Shown: in pieces, positions 37,323 through 51,469 of the stretch
Layout of the letters: every line of letters starts with the position of its first letter
Numbering within the stretch: position 1 is the stretch's first letter
From: Lama glama
Taxonomy: Eukaryota
Length of the DNA: 64,000 nt
Assembly (NCBI GenBank): GCA_028534125.1
Contig: CM052816.1
Span: 99,450,001 to 99,514,000, forward strand
Direction: 5' to 3'
Notes under the pieces: model-generated
Seen by the model: the letters and a program-made list of their open reading frames with translations, nothing else
What the model was told of the DNA's origin: nothing
Database searches by the model: none
Position numbers and translations under genes: made by a program

Positions 37323-40300
37323 ACTTCTGTGACAGTTTAGTTCTCTTGGTCACTGTCTCACACAAGTTGTCCGAAAAGCTCACCTTCCTCCTCTCATTCC
37401 CTTCTTCCTTCCCCCACATGAAATCTCTCTGCTTTAGTCATCTTCTCTCCCCACCCATCCTGCGGAACGCAGCCAGACCAGAGCTCCCAACACACTCCTG
37501 CTGCTATGCACATACGGAGCTCCAGCTTCCACAGGAAATACATATCCCACACAGGCACGGATACAGGCGCACGTGCTTTGATACAGTGCAAGATATAAGC
37601 AAGGCGTCTGATAATCGTGGCTTCCCACAATCTGGGGCCCAGGGCACATTTCTAATCTTGCTACCTGTGAGTTCCTGCATGAACTCCAGACCCTGCGTCA
37701 GCCTGCTTGTGTTTCTTTCCCTCAATTTAGATGCCTTGTGTAACCATGTCTAATTAACTCAATCTTATTTATTTTTTAAAGGTCCACCATAAAATGTGTT
37801 GTCTCCTCGAAGCTTCCCTACTCACCCCACACCGTGGTGGAGTGGGGAACTGACCTACACCGATTTGTTCAACTGACTCTTAGGTTCTCATTGGTAGCTC
37901 TCGTTTGGCTACCTTCCCCAAAGTCGGATGAGGGCTAGCCGTTCCCATGCAGCCTCACTCCCAGCTTATAAAGAACTCAAAGCCCAAATAGTCGATACAA
38001 CGTATCCCATATGCATGATGAAGTCTCAGCTCTCAACTGTTTGCAATTCTCTGACCATGACAAATTTACTTGCAGGAAAGATTTACCCACAGTAAATTTC
38101 ATGATTGATGGAAATCTATTCTGAAAGCAATTTTCAACTACCTTCAGAATTGGCACAAAGGAAGAAAAAATTCTTTGGCCCAACAGCTGGGCATAAGTCT
38201 TCTGAGGGGTCATGCTGCAGGCTCCATCTCTAGGGTGCAAGCTGCCGGAGGCTCATCCCCGGCCGTATAAGAGTGCAGCTTGCTGCCAGAACATTTTCAT
38301 TTCCCAGGCCTTGAGCAAGGCTAATTTCACCAGCTGATACTTGACCCCCACACCAGCCTCGATGCTGTGCTGTTCCACAGAAGTGTGTGTACAGGTGGCT
38401 CCGTGGAGAGTTGCAGGGCATTGATCTGACTACCGCACTGGATCAGGAGGGAGGAAATAGAGAATGACCAGAGGGAGGGCGATCCTGGTACAGAAGGAAA
38501 GGGGGGAGGAGGACAGCCTTTGTTGACAACCTATCGAGAAAGCTGCCAGGGGGAGAACGAAAAAGTGAGAGTAGATTCGGGGATGGTGAGGCCATGTGCC
38601 CTGGCTAGTGGAGGCAGTTAGTTTAGCAGAGGCAGGTCTCATGAGAGCCCGTCACCAGCGTCAATGATGTTGGTTAGCAGGACTCTAGTTTCTAAAGAAA
38701 AAGCCATTTCTAACATTTAGTTAGAAAGCAGCAAAATATCAGGTGCAGATGAGTGAGACATCACCTTTCCTGGCAACCGTCGCCTCTGAAGTGGGGTCTC
38801 TCGGGTTACGGTGCTGCATTAGCCAGCGGCCTCTTGTGTGCAAATTCCAGATTTTGAGAACTAGCCTTCTCTAGGGTGAAGCTCAAGGCAACCAACGCAC
38901 ATCTCACTTGCATCCGGTGCCTGGCCTTTCAGAGCCAGTTGCTGAGATGACAGGTGGGTTCCCTCGTGCAGGAGCGTATCTGAGTCAGAGCTCTGGGCCG
39001 GGCAGCCGAGGGCAGTTTCAGAGCGGCGCTGGGATGTTGGCTACCTGTCTCTGGGTACAGTTTTCATGGGAAAATGGAGACTTCTCCAGCAGTGCCTGGG
39101 TTCTGGGCCTTGACTGTTTTGTTCAGAGCCTTGGACTGGATGGAGGGCTGACATTCTTCCTTTCTGTGAGCCCCTCCTGGCCTTCTCCAAAGAAATGTGG
39201 GAGCAAAGGTGATGACAGCAGGTCACTACCTACTGTGTCCTTTAGCATCCTTAGTTAAAATCTGTTTACTTCATGTTTATTTTCATTTTTCTCTGCATTT
39301 TTTTCCAGATTGAAGCCTAGGCTCACATTAGTGCATATAAATTATTCTAGTCTTGAATATATATTTACCAGGACATCAAATTAAATCAGCAAATATTTGT
39401 AAAGCACCAATAGATACAGGGCAGCTGGCTGCAAGTGGTGCTAGACTATAGGGTACTCTCCTGTAACTGGGTCCTGCAGGACCCAGACAAATGTTACTTG
39501 AATAACACTGCTTTTCTACTGATCTGGCTAAAACAATGTTGGCCTTAATCGACTACCTTGAGTAAGAATTTATTTTGAATTAGTTAGAGAAACTCTTTTA
39601 CTGAACATGTAGAGTCTGAAAACCATTGACCAGACATTCCCTGGGGACTGGAGAGGAAGAAGAGAACTTTTCACTTCCCACCAAGAGCCCAGGACCCCGG
39701 TGGGAAATGGGACAGGCAGAAAATACCCAAGACCAAAGCAGTGCACAAAACACAAGGCATAGAAATAGCCAGTACAGATGCAGGGTGCCCCTGACGCAGA
39801 CTAGGCTCAGACTCACAGGGGCATCCCTCCGCAGCGAGTCACGGGCCACGGTCTTTCTTCAGGAACCAATATGGGGCCATGTGCGCTGGAAAACAGAAGA
39901 GGGTTCGAGGTGTTATTTTACTCCTTTATGAAGAAATTCTGAAATCCCTTCATCTGAAGGTCATGAGCGAGTCTTCCTCGTGTGGCTCTGCCGTGATGTC
40001 CTCTTCATCCGTGAAATGCAGTGAGCTCAGAGGCTCCTGGTGGGACACCTCAAACCGCGGTGCAGGGAAGGGACGGTTTCCTGCCGGCAGCGGTTTGTTT
40101 CTACAGTGATCGGAAGTCTTGTTGAAACACCTCTGGATGTTTAAGAATATATTCCTCTGCCTATTTATTTAAATCCATGGTCCAAAGTACAGAAAATAAG
40201 AGCCTCCAGAGGAAACAAAGAGACTTACAAATACACACACGCACTTCACTTTTTAAAAATACATGACATCTGCATGAGGTCCCACTGAATCTAGTTTCCA

Positions 40301-41119
40301 TTATGAGCTTTTAAATATTCTACAATCTATTAATATATTTTATAACTGCTTGGTCCAAAGATAGAAAAGATCACTCTGCACTGTCTTCACAATTTTTCTA
40401 ACCAAAATACACTCTGTGTCCAATTTGGCACAAGGAAGCCATTGAGATCTTGAGGGTGATCTCATTTCCTGAGCCTTTGTACCTGTCCTTCCCATAAAAC
40501 GCTGGGCAGTGTGAGTTAGATTCAGAGTCTGATTCTAGAAGTGTCCCGACCTCTCTGTACAACACCTTCCACCTCCCCTTCTGCGTAGGAAGTCAGGTCC
40601 ACTTCTGTTCCTCTGCACCTACATAGGGTTCCCAGTGTTCCGTAATCCGCCATTTTGTATGCTCTGCTCATTTGTCTACCCCGTCGCTGTCCTTCCATGC
40701 GTGGAGGGCTGCCCTGTGAAGAACAGGGTTCCACAGAGTTGGGGACAAAGATTCAAGAGACGCACCATCTCTGGTTCTTGATGCTGTGGGAGTTTGTTGT
40801 ACCCCCATAGAGCGTGAGAATTTTTAGCACATAACATCATTCTGTACAATTTTTACAGGAACTTAAGAAATCTTATTTCCAGCCTGTCTACTAACTATGT
40901 GTGCTCACTCAGGCATGACTCTTAACCTTAGATTTCAATTAACCTTGGCAAAGGCTGAGATGCTCATGAGACTCTGTCCACTTGCTCTTTTATCAGAGGT
41001 TGGGCCATATCCCATTTACTGAATGATCTGGGGATGCCGGAGATGGGTTAGAACATATCTGAATCTCTGTATTATAAGCCATAATTACAGCATGCTTCTG
41101 TTTTGCTGTAGGAAAGAGA

Positions 41120-41355
41120 CTAATATTTATCTGAGTCCCTACTATGTGCATATTTCTCAGCTAGATGCTTGACTTAAGTTATTGAATCCCATGGAAAAGG
41201 ATTTGGGAAAGAATTCTCCATGTTACATATGAAGTGATCCAAGCTCAAAGCCGTTTATATAACTGGATCAAGGCCACACAGCTGGAATCTGGAAAGCCTG
41301 ATTCTTGAGCTCAGACCTGGTTCCAAAATTGTAGTTCTTTCAATTGTAACACACA
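41120..41355 (-). mobile_element. MIR SINE
   Basis: taatatttatctgagtccctactatgtgc...aaggccacacagctgg has the antisense MIR layout. Confidence 0.6.
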
Positions 41356-42221
41356 ACTTCCTGGACACTAACACCAAAATGACGATCCTTTCCTTACTGC
41401 TGTAAAGACTGCATTACGTAGTGGTTTTAGGTCTTCAAAAGAGTCTTCATTCACTGTGAAATTTGAGTTCTAGTTCTTTTACACCAATATTCATATTGTC
41501 CCTGCCCATTATATTCATCCTGAACACTTTAAAGAAATGAGTCTTTTATAAGCTTATCAATCCTCTTCCCTTAAAATATATATAATTTTTTTAATCCTCA
41601 GGAAATGTTGAAAAATGTCATTAAAGAAAAGCTTGAGTTGAAATAAATATTTTAAAATAATAATAAACAGTACAATACGTTGTATGAGAAGTTATTGTTT
41701 TTCTGTCTCTTTCCATAGAACAAAATCATAACCTCATTCTTAAATTGTTGGCCTTTTTACTAAGTAATTGGAGTCATGAGACTATGACCATAACTTTGTG
41801 AACAAAAGAAAACCTTATATTCCCTGTTCTTTATTCCACACATACTTTTCCTCCCTTGAACATTGAAGAGAATTCTGTGTGACCAGCCTGTTCTCAACGT
41901 TACCTTTCTACTAAGAGGACACAGTTTTAAAGGAATCGTATGTTTAATGGAGATGTTCAGAATAGCAATCTCATGCCAGTCCCGTCTGAGAGACACAGTG
42001 ACTATTTTCAGGTAGCAGGGGGTTAAATTATTTTCTTTAATGTAGAGAAACACACGAATCAAAAAAAAAAAGGAACTATTGTGCTTTTATTGAGTAATTA
42101 TTTTTAGTGAGTTAAAATTTTATAAGAACAAAAACAAGTCTATAATTAGCTATTAAAATGATTATTTTTCACTCATTTTCATATGTTGTAAAAATGATTC
42201 CCTTTGTTATTGTTAAAATAT

Positions 42222-42432
42222 CAGCATGATTGATATGTTTGGTCATGTCATTCTTTGCTGGGTGAGGGTCTGCCCTGTACGTTGTAGAATGTTTAGAAGT
42301 GTCTCTCTCTTCTACCCAGTAGGTGCCCGAAGCACCCCCACTTCCACCAAGAAAACCAAAATTGTCTCCAGATGTTACCAAGTGTCCCCTAAAGGGCAGA
42401 ACAGCTCCCCTCCCCCTCCCACTGGGAACCCG
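42222..42432 (-). mobile_element. MER20 DNA transposon
   Basis: ctgccctgtacgttgtagaatgtttag...ctacccagtaggtgcc...aaccaaaattgtctccagatgttaccaagtgtcccct is the reverse complement of MER20. Confidence 0.8.
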
Positions 42433-42449
42433 TGTGCCAGGGTACCGTT

Positions 42450-42680
42450 GGCTTATAGCACTGGGTACCCACTCCATGCCAGGCACTGCTCTCAACACTT
42501 TAACAATCGAATCATGTAATAATCAAAACAGCCCCCAAAGACAGGCACTATTGTCATCCCCGTTTTTCAAAGAAGGAAACGAAGACACAGAGAGCTTGGG
42601 AATCACAGACTGTAAATGGCGAAGCAGGGCTCAAGTCAAGGCCGCCTGACTTCAAGGCCCGAACTCTTGACCACCGCCTA
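42450..42680 (-). mobile_element. MIR SINE
   Basis: atgccaggcactgctctcaacacttta...ggcactattgtcatccccgttttt...ggaaacgaagacacagagag...ctgacttcaaggcc. Confidence 0.75.
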
Positions 42681-43841
42681 ACGCCTCCACTCTGACATTT
42701 ACAGGATGAAAGATCAGGATGCAAGGGCATAGTGTGGAGATTGCCAGCAGTCGTGGCAGACAGGGGAACATGGTGCATATAGATATTCGCATAAAGCAGC
42801 ATTGGGGTGATAAGCCGGAAGCCAGGGGGCTTGGCTGGAGGGGACTGGTATATGTACCGAGTTGAAACAAATGTTTCAAAATAATAAACAACACAGTATG
42901 TTGTGTGAAGCTCCTCCGAGTATCCCTCTTTATGCAGCTTTATTACATAAATCATGTAAATGTATGGCATTTGACAAGTTGAAGCAAAAGTGGAGGAAAA
43001 CTGATCCTTAAAAGCAAAACAAACTAAAACATATAAACCCAACAAGTTTTGGACTAACAACATAACTCCCTGGAGAAAAGAACCTTTCAGCACCGCACGC
43101 TGAACTCTCATTTTCAGTAGAACAGATTCTCAGAACAACAAAGGGATCAAAAATATTTTAAACCTCACTCATTGGTTTTATTAAACATATGAACAATGGT
43201 ATGTGATTTTTGAAACTTGCTCATTTATTTGGACAAAGCAGAAAAGCAAATAAACTAATAGTTGAAACCAAGCCTTTCAATTTAAGGGAAAAGAGATACA
43301 AATGGAAAATTCAAGACATTAATACAAATATTGTCAATTTAAATCATAGTTGAAAACATTAAAATAGGCTCATAATTTTATTTGTATGTTTTTTACTTCC
43401 ATACACTGCAAGTCCTAAAAGCTATGACAAGCAGTAGCAATGAGCACACTTTGCACCCACACCTTAGTTCCTAAATACCGAACTCCAGTAAATGAAACCA
43501 GGCATCCTTGGGGGAAGGGATGGTTTCAGGTCTGAGGCGGGCAGTTTACAAAATGAGCCTGGATGTCTTGCACCACAAAGACAAATGCCAGCCCATCAAA
43601 AAGACCTGAAGCTGGATAGATGGGGTGACCAATGGTCAAGTCAAACAGCTTTCCCATCAAAATGTGTAATAAATGCAAATAATTATTTAAACAAAGTTTG
43701 GATCCACAGTATATGAGACAAGTGAAAGGGAGAGAGAAGGAGAGGAGCTCCTTTGCCCACTTTGAAACTTACTGTTACCCCCAGACTATGCTGTGAAGAT
43801 GGATAAAAGTCAAGAACTGAACATGACTCTTAACACGTCTG

Positions 43842-43848
43842 CTTCCTC

Positions 43849-43906
<58 letters not shown>

Positions 43907-43923
43907 CTCTTTCTCTCTTTCTC

Positions 43924-43966
<43 letters not shown>

Positions 43967-43987
43967 CTCTTTCTTTCCTTCCTTCCT

Positions 43988-44018
<31 letters not shown>

Positions 44019-44069
44019 CTCTTTCTCTCTCTCTCTTTCTTTCTTTCTCTCTTTCTCTCTTTCTTTCTC

Positions 44070-44116
<47 letters not shown>

Positions 44117-44153
44117 CTTTCTTTCTTTCTCTCTTTCTCTCTCTCTTTCTTTC
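43842..44153. repeat. Compound (TTTC)n/(TC)n polypyrimidine microsatellite, about 310 bp
   Basis: Uninterrupted C/T run, directly visible. Confidence 0.98.
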
Positions 44154-44179
44154 ATTCTTCTAAGAGGAAAGGTAGTTCA

Positions 44180-45025
44180 CCTCCAGTTGATGGAGGAAGA
44201 TTCTCTGTAGAGTAACGCTCTCTGATAAATAAAACAGAATAGCAGCATTACACAGTCGCCATGCTGTAACCCTTCTAAAGCAACTGTTGCAGGCAGAGCT
44301 TGTCAGTGAACACCAGAGTCACTACTTGTAAACTGTCAATGAGAAAAAAAAAAAAAAAGCTTTTACAGTGGAGAGGTCAGTCTGTTATGACCTTCAAGAT
44401 TGGTGCCACTAAAGATGAAACCAGTCATGTGTCTGATGTTGGATGATGGGAAACCAAAGCGTTCTCAACACAGGTGTCTTACCTGAAACTGGTGGACTGT
44501 TGGCCATCACTTCCAGGTTATACTGGAAAACACAGGGGATGGAGGCACAAGTTAAATGAGACCCTATGGGAACACACAAATAGGGCACAGGGTGATCCAG
44601 AGCTGGCTTGTGTCATTAGAAAACCAATGTCAAGGGGAGGAAATAGGTAACAGTTCTAGATCAAGTGAGATTAAAGGGCATAATAGTGCATGAATCTTAG
44701 CTGCATTTTTCATGGAAAAATATGCACTGTCATAGAACTGAGTGATGGTTAGAGAAATCTGGGCATTTCTGGAGACTACAATAAGGAGTTATTTTAATTT
44801 ACTCAATGGTAATACTTTATATTGATGTAAACACAATAGCAATAATAAAACATCATACTTATGACAAAGTTAATATGTGACTCAGGCATATCTGTATATA
44901 AGACATGCTGAACATTTTGCCATGTTTATTTTAATAATTAAATAGGGATAGTATACGGGGGATGTTAGAGGTGATTGTACTGCTCTTTTAAACTTTTTTG
45001 TATATTAGGTTATTGTAATTAAATC
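44180..45025 (+). mobile_element. Ancient L1 (L1ME/MC-like) 3'UTR remnant
   Basis: ttttacagtggagagg...gtgattgtactgctcttttaaacttttttgtat resembles an old L1M 3' end. Confidence 0.5.
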
Positions 45026-48000
45026 TTATGTTAGAAATCATTTAGCCTACTCAGAAGTTTGGAGGACTCTGGTACCCGAATCTTATAACTAGCCAGTGTC
45101 TTGGCCCCTGATGGTCAAGGAAAAGAGGGTTTCCCCTCACTCCTCTAAGAATGACTGGGGATGTTCTCACATACTTCATGACACAGGCTGTCATGTGGTC
45201 TTCCAGCCTTTAGCACTTTTAAGCTGGGTCCCACTCTCAATTTCCCCACCCATTTTTTGGCTCCAAATTCAAGTCATTCCCTGTTATGCACAATCTCACA
45301 GGCATGCTAGTCCAGCAGAGAAACAAAGCAACACACGGTGCTGGTGAAGTCATGTCATTCTGGGCACGTGGTGGGTGGGACAGAGCTTTGCACAAGGTGG
45401 CAGAATGTTGGGGTCTGGGGGCCAGTGGGCGGGAGGCCACCTGTCAAGGCTGCCCTGCATACAGATACAAGGAGGAGCACTTGTGAAGTGAAGTTGCAAC
45501 TTCAGGCAGGGATGCGGTAGGTCATGCCTTGGAGAGCCCACAGTGATTTGTGGGTTTGGTCCAATGGCTTGAGAAGCTAATTTGGGGTGGAAGTTCACCA
45601 TCCAAATCCTGGTTACTTGTGGAATTCAGATTTGAGTGAAAAAGAAAGAAACGTTTTGCAAAATGAGACTGTAGTAGGGATTTGACAGGGCATGGGGGTG
45701 AAGAATCAGGGAAGGAAAATTAGCAGTGAGGCTGGTGAATCCCACAGTGAATGCAGGTGGGGCAGAAGTGAGGAGGAGGGACGGCAGGGTTCCGAAGGTC
45801 TTCCAGAATCACAAGTTACCCAGCAAGCCAAGCGCACTCAGCTGGGTCTCCCACGCGTGTAAAGAGAGGAAGGGGAGAGGAAGAGGGAACACAAAGAAGG
45901 GACAGAAGGAAAAAAGGTGTGAAAAAACAAGAAGCCATTGTGTGTTCATTGAGCCCAGATTCTCACCTCTTATCTGGTGTTCAACTTTAGCCTTGACGAG
46001 AGGAGAAAAATGGCTGAAAAACAGGATTAATTCAAATAAATCACCACTAAGGCTCATCAAATGATGGTTTTCTTTTAGGTGACAAAAATGTTGAGTGGAA
46101 AAACAAAAACAAAAAAACAGTCTCAATCCAAAACTTCTATAAGGAAATAAAGTCTTTAAAAAACTGTCTTCCCCAATATCCTTAATCTACACTTTCTTAT
46201 TGAAAACACATAGACATTATTTTCCAGTTTAAAACTGAGAGTAAGCACAAAGCAAAGATTTCAGAAACTTTCTGTGTGGTTGATGAAAAGAAACTATTCA
46301 AGAGTTTAAAAAAATGAATCATTTAAAAAACTTTAGCCTCCTGAAAATTTGACTGGCACAAAGTGATACTGCAACAAATTAGTATTTTGTGTAAAGAGCA
46401 ATAACCAAAGATATTGCACATCAGATAGCGTTTTATTTGACTGTATGTTTTGCCCGAAACACCTTTTCTTCACTGTGTTTCCTTTTCTACGTAATCTTTG
46501 GGAGGAAAAGAGTGGATTGACACTAAAACGTGCAGCAGGAAACAGCTGATTCTCTAACTGCTCTACGTGGTCTGCAGGAAACATCTTTGAACCAATTGCC
46601 AAAACCTGTTTGGAACATCTAGAATTGCTTCATGAACATCTGGTTTTTAAAAATGGTGTATGAATCTAGGCCCAGCCCCAGCTGAGAACACCAGCCTGCC
46701 CTGCCTCTTCCTCTCCATCCATAGGCATGTCGGCCCGAAGCTGGAAGGGGCGTTGATGGCGCAGCGAGTTTCTCGGGAAGTGTGTTGAGCTTCAGCTGGG
46801 CACGCGCGTGTGTGTAAACCCACATGCTGAGCTGGGGGACCAAGGGGCTGGGGTGAGGGGGCAAGGTGAAGGACAATTCCATCTCTAAGCTTCTCTTTTT
46901 GATACGGCCCTGGGTTTATTCCTGCATATTGACTCGGCCTTTGTAAACATGATAGAGCATGGATTGTGCTCCATCCAATTAGTACAGCCTGCACCTCGGT
47001 CATAAAACTTTATGCAAACTACTGCTCACGGACTCTGCAGTCCGGGGAAACAAAGATAGGCTTATAACTCTTAAAGGTTTTTTGGCAAATTGCTAATAAG
47101 AGCTCTTTTTTTTTTTTCACAAGACCTTCAGCTGATGGAAAAGTAAAAGAAAAAAAAAACAAGGACTGTAGTTTCATATAGGCAGTGATGATGACAGCCC
47201 CATTAATAACATGGATCATTAAAATTTATAAAAAGCTATTCTTAATACAGGATATAAATACATTTCTCAGGCAGAGCTATGAAATTTATAACCTTTTTAT
47301 TGTCACCAGAGGACCTTCCTACTGGTTTACCCCCACCACTGTCTGCCCTCCCTCATAAATCACAGTGTGCTTAATAACCGAGATTACAACTACCAGTTGC
47401 ATTTACAGAATTAAATATTGACTATGTGAAAATGTTATTGCATTTTTACTGATCGGAAGACCACAGAACAGCCCTGCAGGACATGCAGCTGGACAGGAAT
47501 ATCTGTGTAATCTTTGTTGGAAATGCAGTTATGGGGCACTCAGTAATGGCTGACACAGTTTGGAGTGGTGGGGAAGGAAAGAAGAAAATGTCTTAATTTT
47601 ACACTAGGCCAAACACAGCAGAAGGAGGCCATTCTGTTGAAGCAATGCTCCTTACATCCAATTTAGGAAGCTCCCGGCTGAATGCATGATATAATTGTCA
47701 AACTCCGAATGTTAGAGCAATATGGTGAAAAGCTACAGCAATCCACATGGAATAAAGATTGTTAAACATTTGGTAGAAGTCAAACGAGAATCAGAGATTG
47801 TACATCACTGAAGTGGACATGTCCTAATTTCTGGTTATTTGAAGAAAACCATTGATTGATTCCCAAATCTCCAAATTCTTGAGAGGTATTTGGCATTTAC
47901 TTGAGAAACAATCCGGACAAAAAATTTTTCCCTAAAGAATAAGGGTTCCTTTAATTGCATATGTGAGTGGTTAGTGTCTCCAAATGTTCAGGAAACGGTC

Positions 48001-48949
48001 TGATACCTCACAGATGGTTGGGGGTCCAAGATTCGGAACCCAAGTACAGTCTAATGATGCACGTGGTTTGACTGCTGTTTGGTCAAGTTAATTGAAAGAG
48101 TTCAGAGTACATACACACACACACACACGCTGCACTGGAAAATGATGTATGGGCAATTGGATATACTTAAGGCAGAGAACAGAAACCCAAACTGAGTTAC
48201 CCAAGAGTTCCAGTTCTGTCCTGGCTTCTTCCCTTAAATTGGAGGAGGATGATTCATTTATCAAAAGTGTAATGGCAAGGCTTAATTGCATTTCCTGGGG
48301 AGAGTAAACTTTGTGTAGCATTATTTTTTCCTACTCTTGTAAAATAATTGTCATTTTATTTCATTGAAAACACTAAGGTCAAGTATTTATTTGGAAGGCC
48401 CTTTGAAGGCTGTCACTGTGAACAGCATGCTTTGATAAATACATAAGTCTAGAAGGTTTGGTAAAATTAATTTACGAAGTTTTCAAATTTACAATCTGAA
48501 AGGAAGCATTAACCCGTATTATCAAATTACAGGAAGTCAAATGCATCCTACCAAGAATGATACAATAATCACCTCATAAAATGTAGTATTTCAAGTATTT
48601 TATAATTAGATGCAAACGAAATTAATGACTCTCACTGTGTGACAAGTTGGTTACATAACCACAGGAAAAAGAATCACTTCAACTGCTTTAGGGTCAACAA
48701 ATAAACTGACTTACTTTAAGAGACAATATTTTGAGGGCATATTAACTAGAATTTTTTTAAGGATAAATGGAAGTGCATAGAAACTATAGACATCATTCAG
48801 GGGTCTTATTCTGTATTAATATTAGCATTTCTTGCAAATTTTGAAACCATGAGAGTGTCTGTGCCATGGAATGAAGTAAATAAGTAAAGATATTAATGCT
48901 ACAGAAACAAAATTTTCAGTAAAGAGAAAAGGAATAGAATTATAAGATC

Positions 48950-49070
48950 GGGTCCTGAGTTAAATCCCTACTTCCTCCATTAAAATCATATAAATAAACA
49001 AACAAACCTAGTCACTTCCTCCTTCAAAAAAATAAATAGAAATTTTAAAAAAGAAATAAAAAGTAAAAAT
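48950..49070 (+). mobile_element. 5'-truncated Vic-1-like SINE
   Basis: gggtcctgagttaaatccctacttcctccattaaaa...aaacctagtcacttcctcc...A-rich. This is the B-box and tail of the same SINE family seen at 18899 and 57893. Confidence 0.65.
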
Positions 49071-49074
49071 AATA

Positions 49075-49266
49075 AAATAAAATAGATAAACAGGAAGTTT
49101 CTACTGTATAATAGAGGGAACTGTATTCAATATTTTGTAGTAACTTATAATGAAAAAGAATGTGAAAACAAATACATGCATATGTGTGGCTGAAACATCA
49201 TGCTGTCGACCAGAAGGTGACACGCCAGTGTAAACCGACTATTCTTCAATAAGAAATAAAATAAAA
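49075..49266 (+). mobile_element. Short L1 3' end
   Basis: aaaatagataaacaggaagtttctactgtata...gggaactgtattcaatattttgtagtaacttataatgaaaaagaa...cttcaataag. Confidence 0.85.
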
Positions 49267-51469
49267 TTTATGAGTACAAAAAAGAGCAAAAGGTAAGTCC
49301 TATAATACTAAATTCGAATTGGAATATTCTCGTGAACTGTTTATTCTCATTTCAAGAAACCTGCGACTTCTGGCTCTGCTTATGAAAAAGGCAGAAGTAA
49401 CCACAGCCTGGCAGCCGTGAGCAGGCCTGGGGCACAGCTACGAGGAGGCGGCGCCGCCCGTCCAAATCCTGGAAAAAACGGCCGATTGCAGGGGTGAGGA
49501 ACCCGATTTGCAGGATGACTGGGACACCACACCGTTCGTGCCGAAAACAGAGACTCAGAGACTCTTGTCGGAGTGAGACGGGGTGACAGGAAGGGGTTCT
49601 TGGTGCTCAGAACCACAGGAAAGAACATGTTCATCTCTTCTGTTTTCTTGAAGATTCTGAAAAAAGCTTAGGCTGCTGCTACTCTATAAAGATATAAACG
49701 GACCACAGACTTAAACTCAGCGTTCAGTGCTTCTGATTTTACCACAGGGGCCTCCTCTCTGTGTGTTTGCTGAGCGCAAGCAGCCCTTTTTCTGGGGTAA
49801 GGTCTATGAGGACACGGAGGCCAGCAGGCTGGGGTGGGGAAGCGTCTGGGGTTCTGTTAGTCTTTTAGCTGCAAGTAAAACTGCAGCTCAGCCTAGCCGA
49901 GGAGGGAAAGGGGGTCAGGACTTCCCTGCTCCAAACTGAGGCTGAGGGCCCTGGTCTCACACAGGCTCGAACACCCTCTTCTTGGTGCTCAGCTCTGCCT
50001 CCAACCTCCAGGTGTCAAAGATGCCTGTCGCAGCACAGCTGGTCCCACCTCCTGGGGTCTGCCCGGACATGCCGGTGTTTGACAGAGAGGCACTGAGCGG
50101 GAGTGAAGGCCAGGGCAAAGGTGGGCCCCCACGCTCAGCCGCTGCTCTCCCAGGGTGCTCACAGCTGGAGGGGACGGCCCCTGGGGCTGCAGGCCAGGGC
50201 CACCAGCAGAGGGGAGCAGACCGTGGGCGGGAAGTCCGTGTCCACTGGGAGACGCAGCACTGATGGGGTGGCAGACGGGAAACCCGAAGCCCACTGGGCC
50301 CCTTGCTTCTGAGCTCCTCTTCCAGCCCTGATTGCTCTGATGGGGAAACAATATCTATCATTTTGAAATTAAATCGAGGCCTTTTGATGTTGTGTCCTCA
50401 CTTAGCAGGAAACCTCACGATTCCTAAAAACAAACCACCACCCTGCACCTCCCCACCTCCAAAAAAACTGCCAAGACTCGGGGTCTTTGGAATACCCCGG
50501 ACCGCTGGGAACTCAGAAATGCCTCAGGGCCGTAAAAGCAGAAGGGGAGAATCTATGAAGAAAGTATTCACAATGTAGACTGGGCGGCCTCGGGTTTGCG
50601 TCTGGCAGTGACAGCTCCTCATCTGACGGCTCTGACGAGCAGACGGGTTCTCGTCTCTCCCTAAATGTGGTCAAAGTGAAATGTAACTGAAACTCAAATG
50701 AACAATCTTGAATGGATGACAGTGAAGCAACGCTAGCTCTCAGCTCAGGGCCTGTGTCTCTCTGTCTCCATCAGCAGTTACCACACGGGGAGGTGACTCT
50801 GCATCTGGAGGAGGTCTGCACCTCCTCATCTGAGCTGCCGGAGGACATGCGCCTCCCCCGCCCTTTTCCGGGAGTTACCTGGCGTTTCACACCTGTGCGT
50901 GTCTGCCCCACACCCGCCCGGGCAACCTGGGGAAGATGGTGGAAGCAGACTTGGTCAGGCAGAGTCTAGTCGAGTCTCCGTCCTTCTGCTTAGGAGCTGT
51001 GTGAACTTGGACACTTCCTCTCTGAACCTGTGAGGTTACAGCTGTCTAACTGCGTAGCAGAACTGAACCCCTAGGGAGAGCTTCAGAGTGAATTTCAGGA
51101 AGCTAACAGCGTGTGGTTCCTCTGCACTGGTTCTCTTTAACTCTGGGTTCAATAAGGGAATGAAAGAATTGTCTTAAGCGAGGGAAAATGTGTATGTACG
51201 TGTGCACGCACGTTGTACCCGTGTGTGCGGACATGCGTGCCCCTACTCAGCAATCAGCTACTTTTCCTTTGAAATCGAATGACTTACTGCGCATGTGAAG
51301 AGGTCTCAGTATTCTTACACCTGGCTTAGCATAGAAGTGATCCTTTGGTTACACAGTAAATACAAAATGAAGAATGAATGAAGCTGTCAATTCAGGCATA
51401 AACCGTTCCTGGGAAATGATTAGACCTTATCTATTCGTCTCCTAAGAAAGGTTAGAACTTACCTCGCTT

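Noticed and set aside
43775..44215. K/E/R-rich and F/L/S-rich ORFs
   Set aside because: Translations of the TTTC microsatellite.
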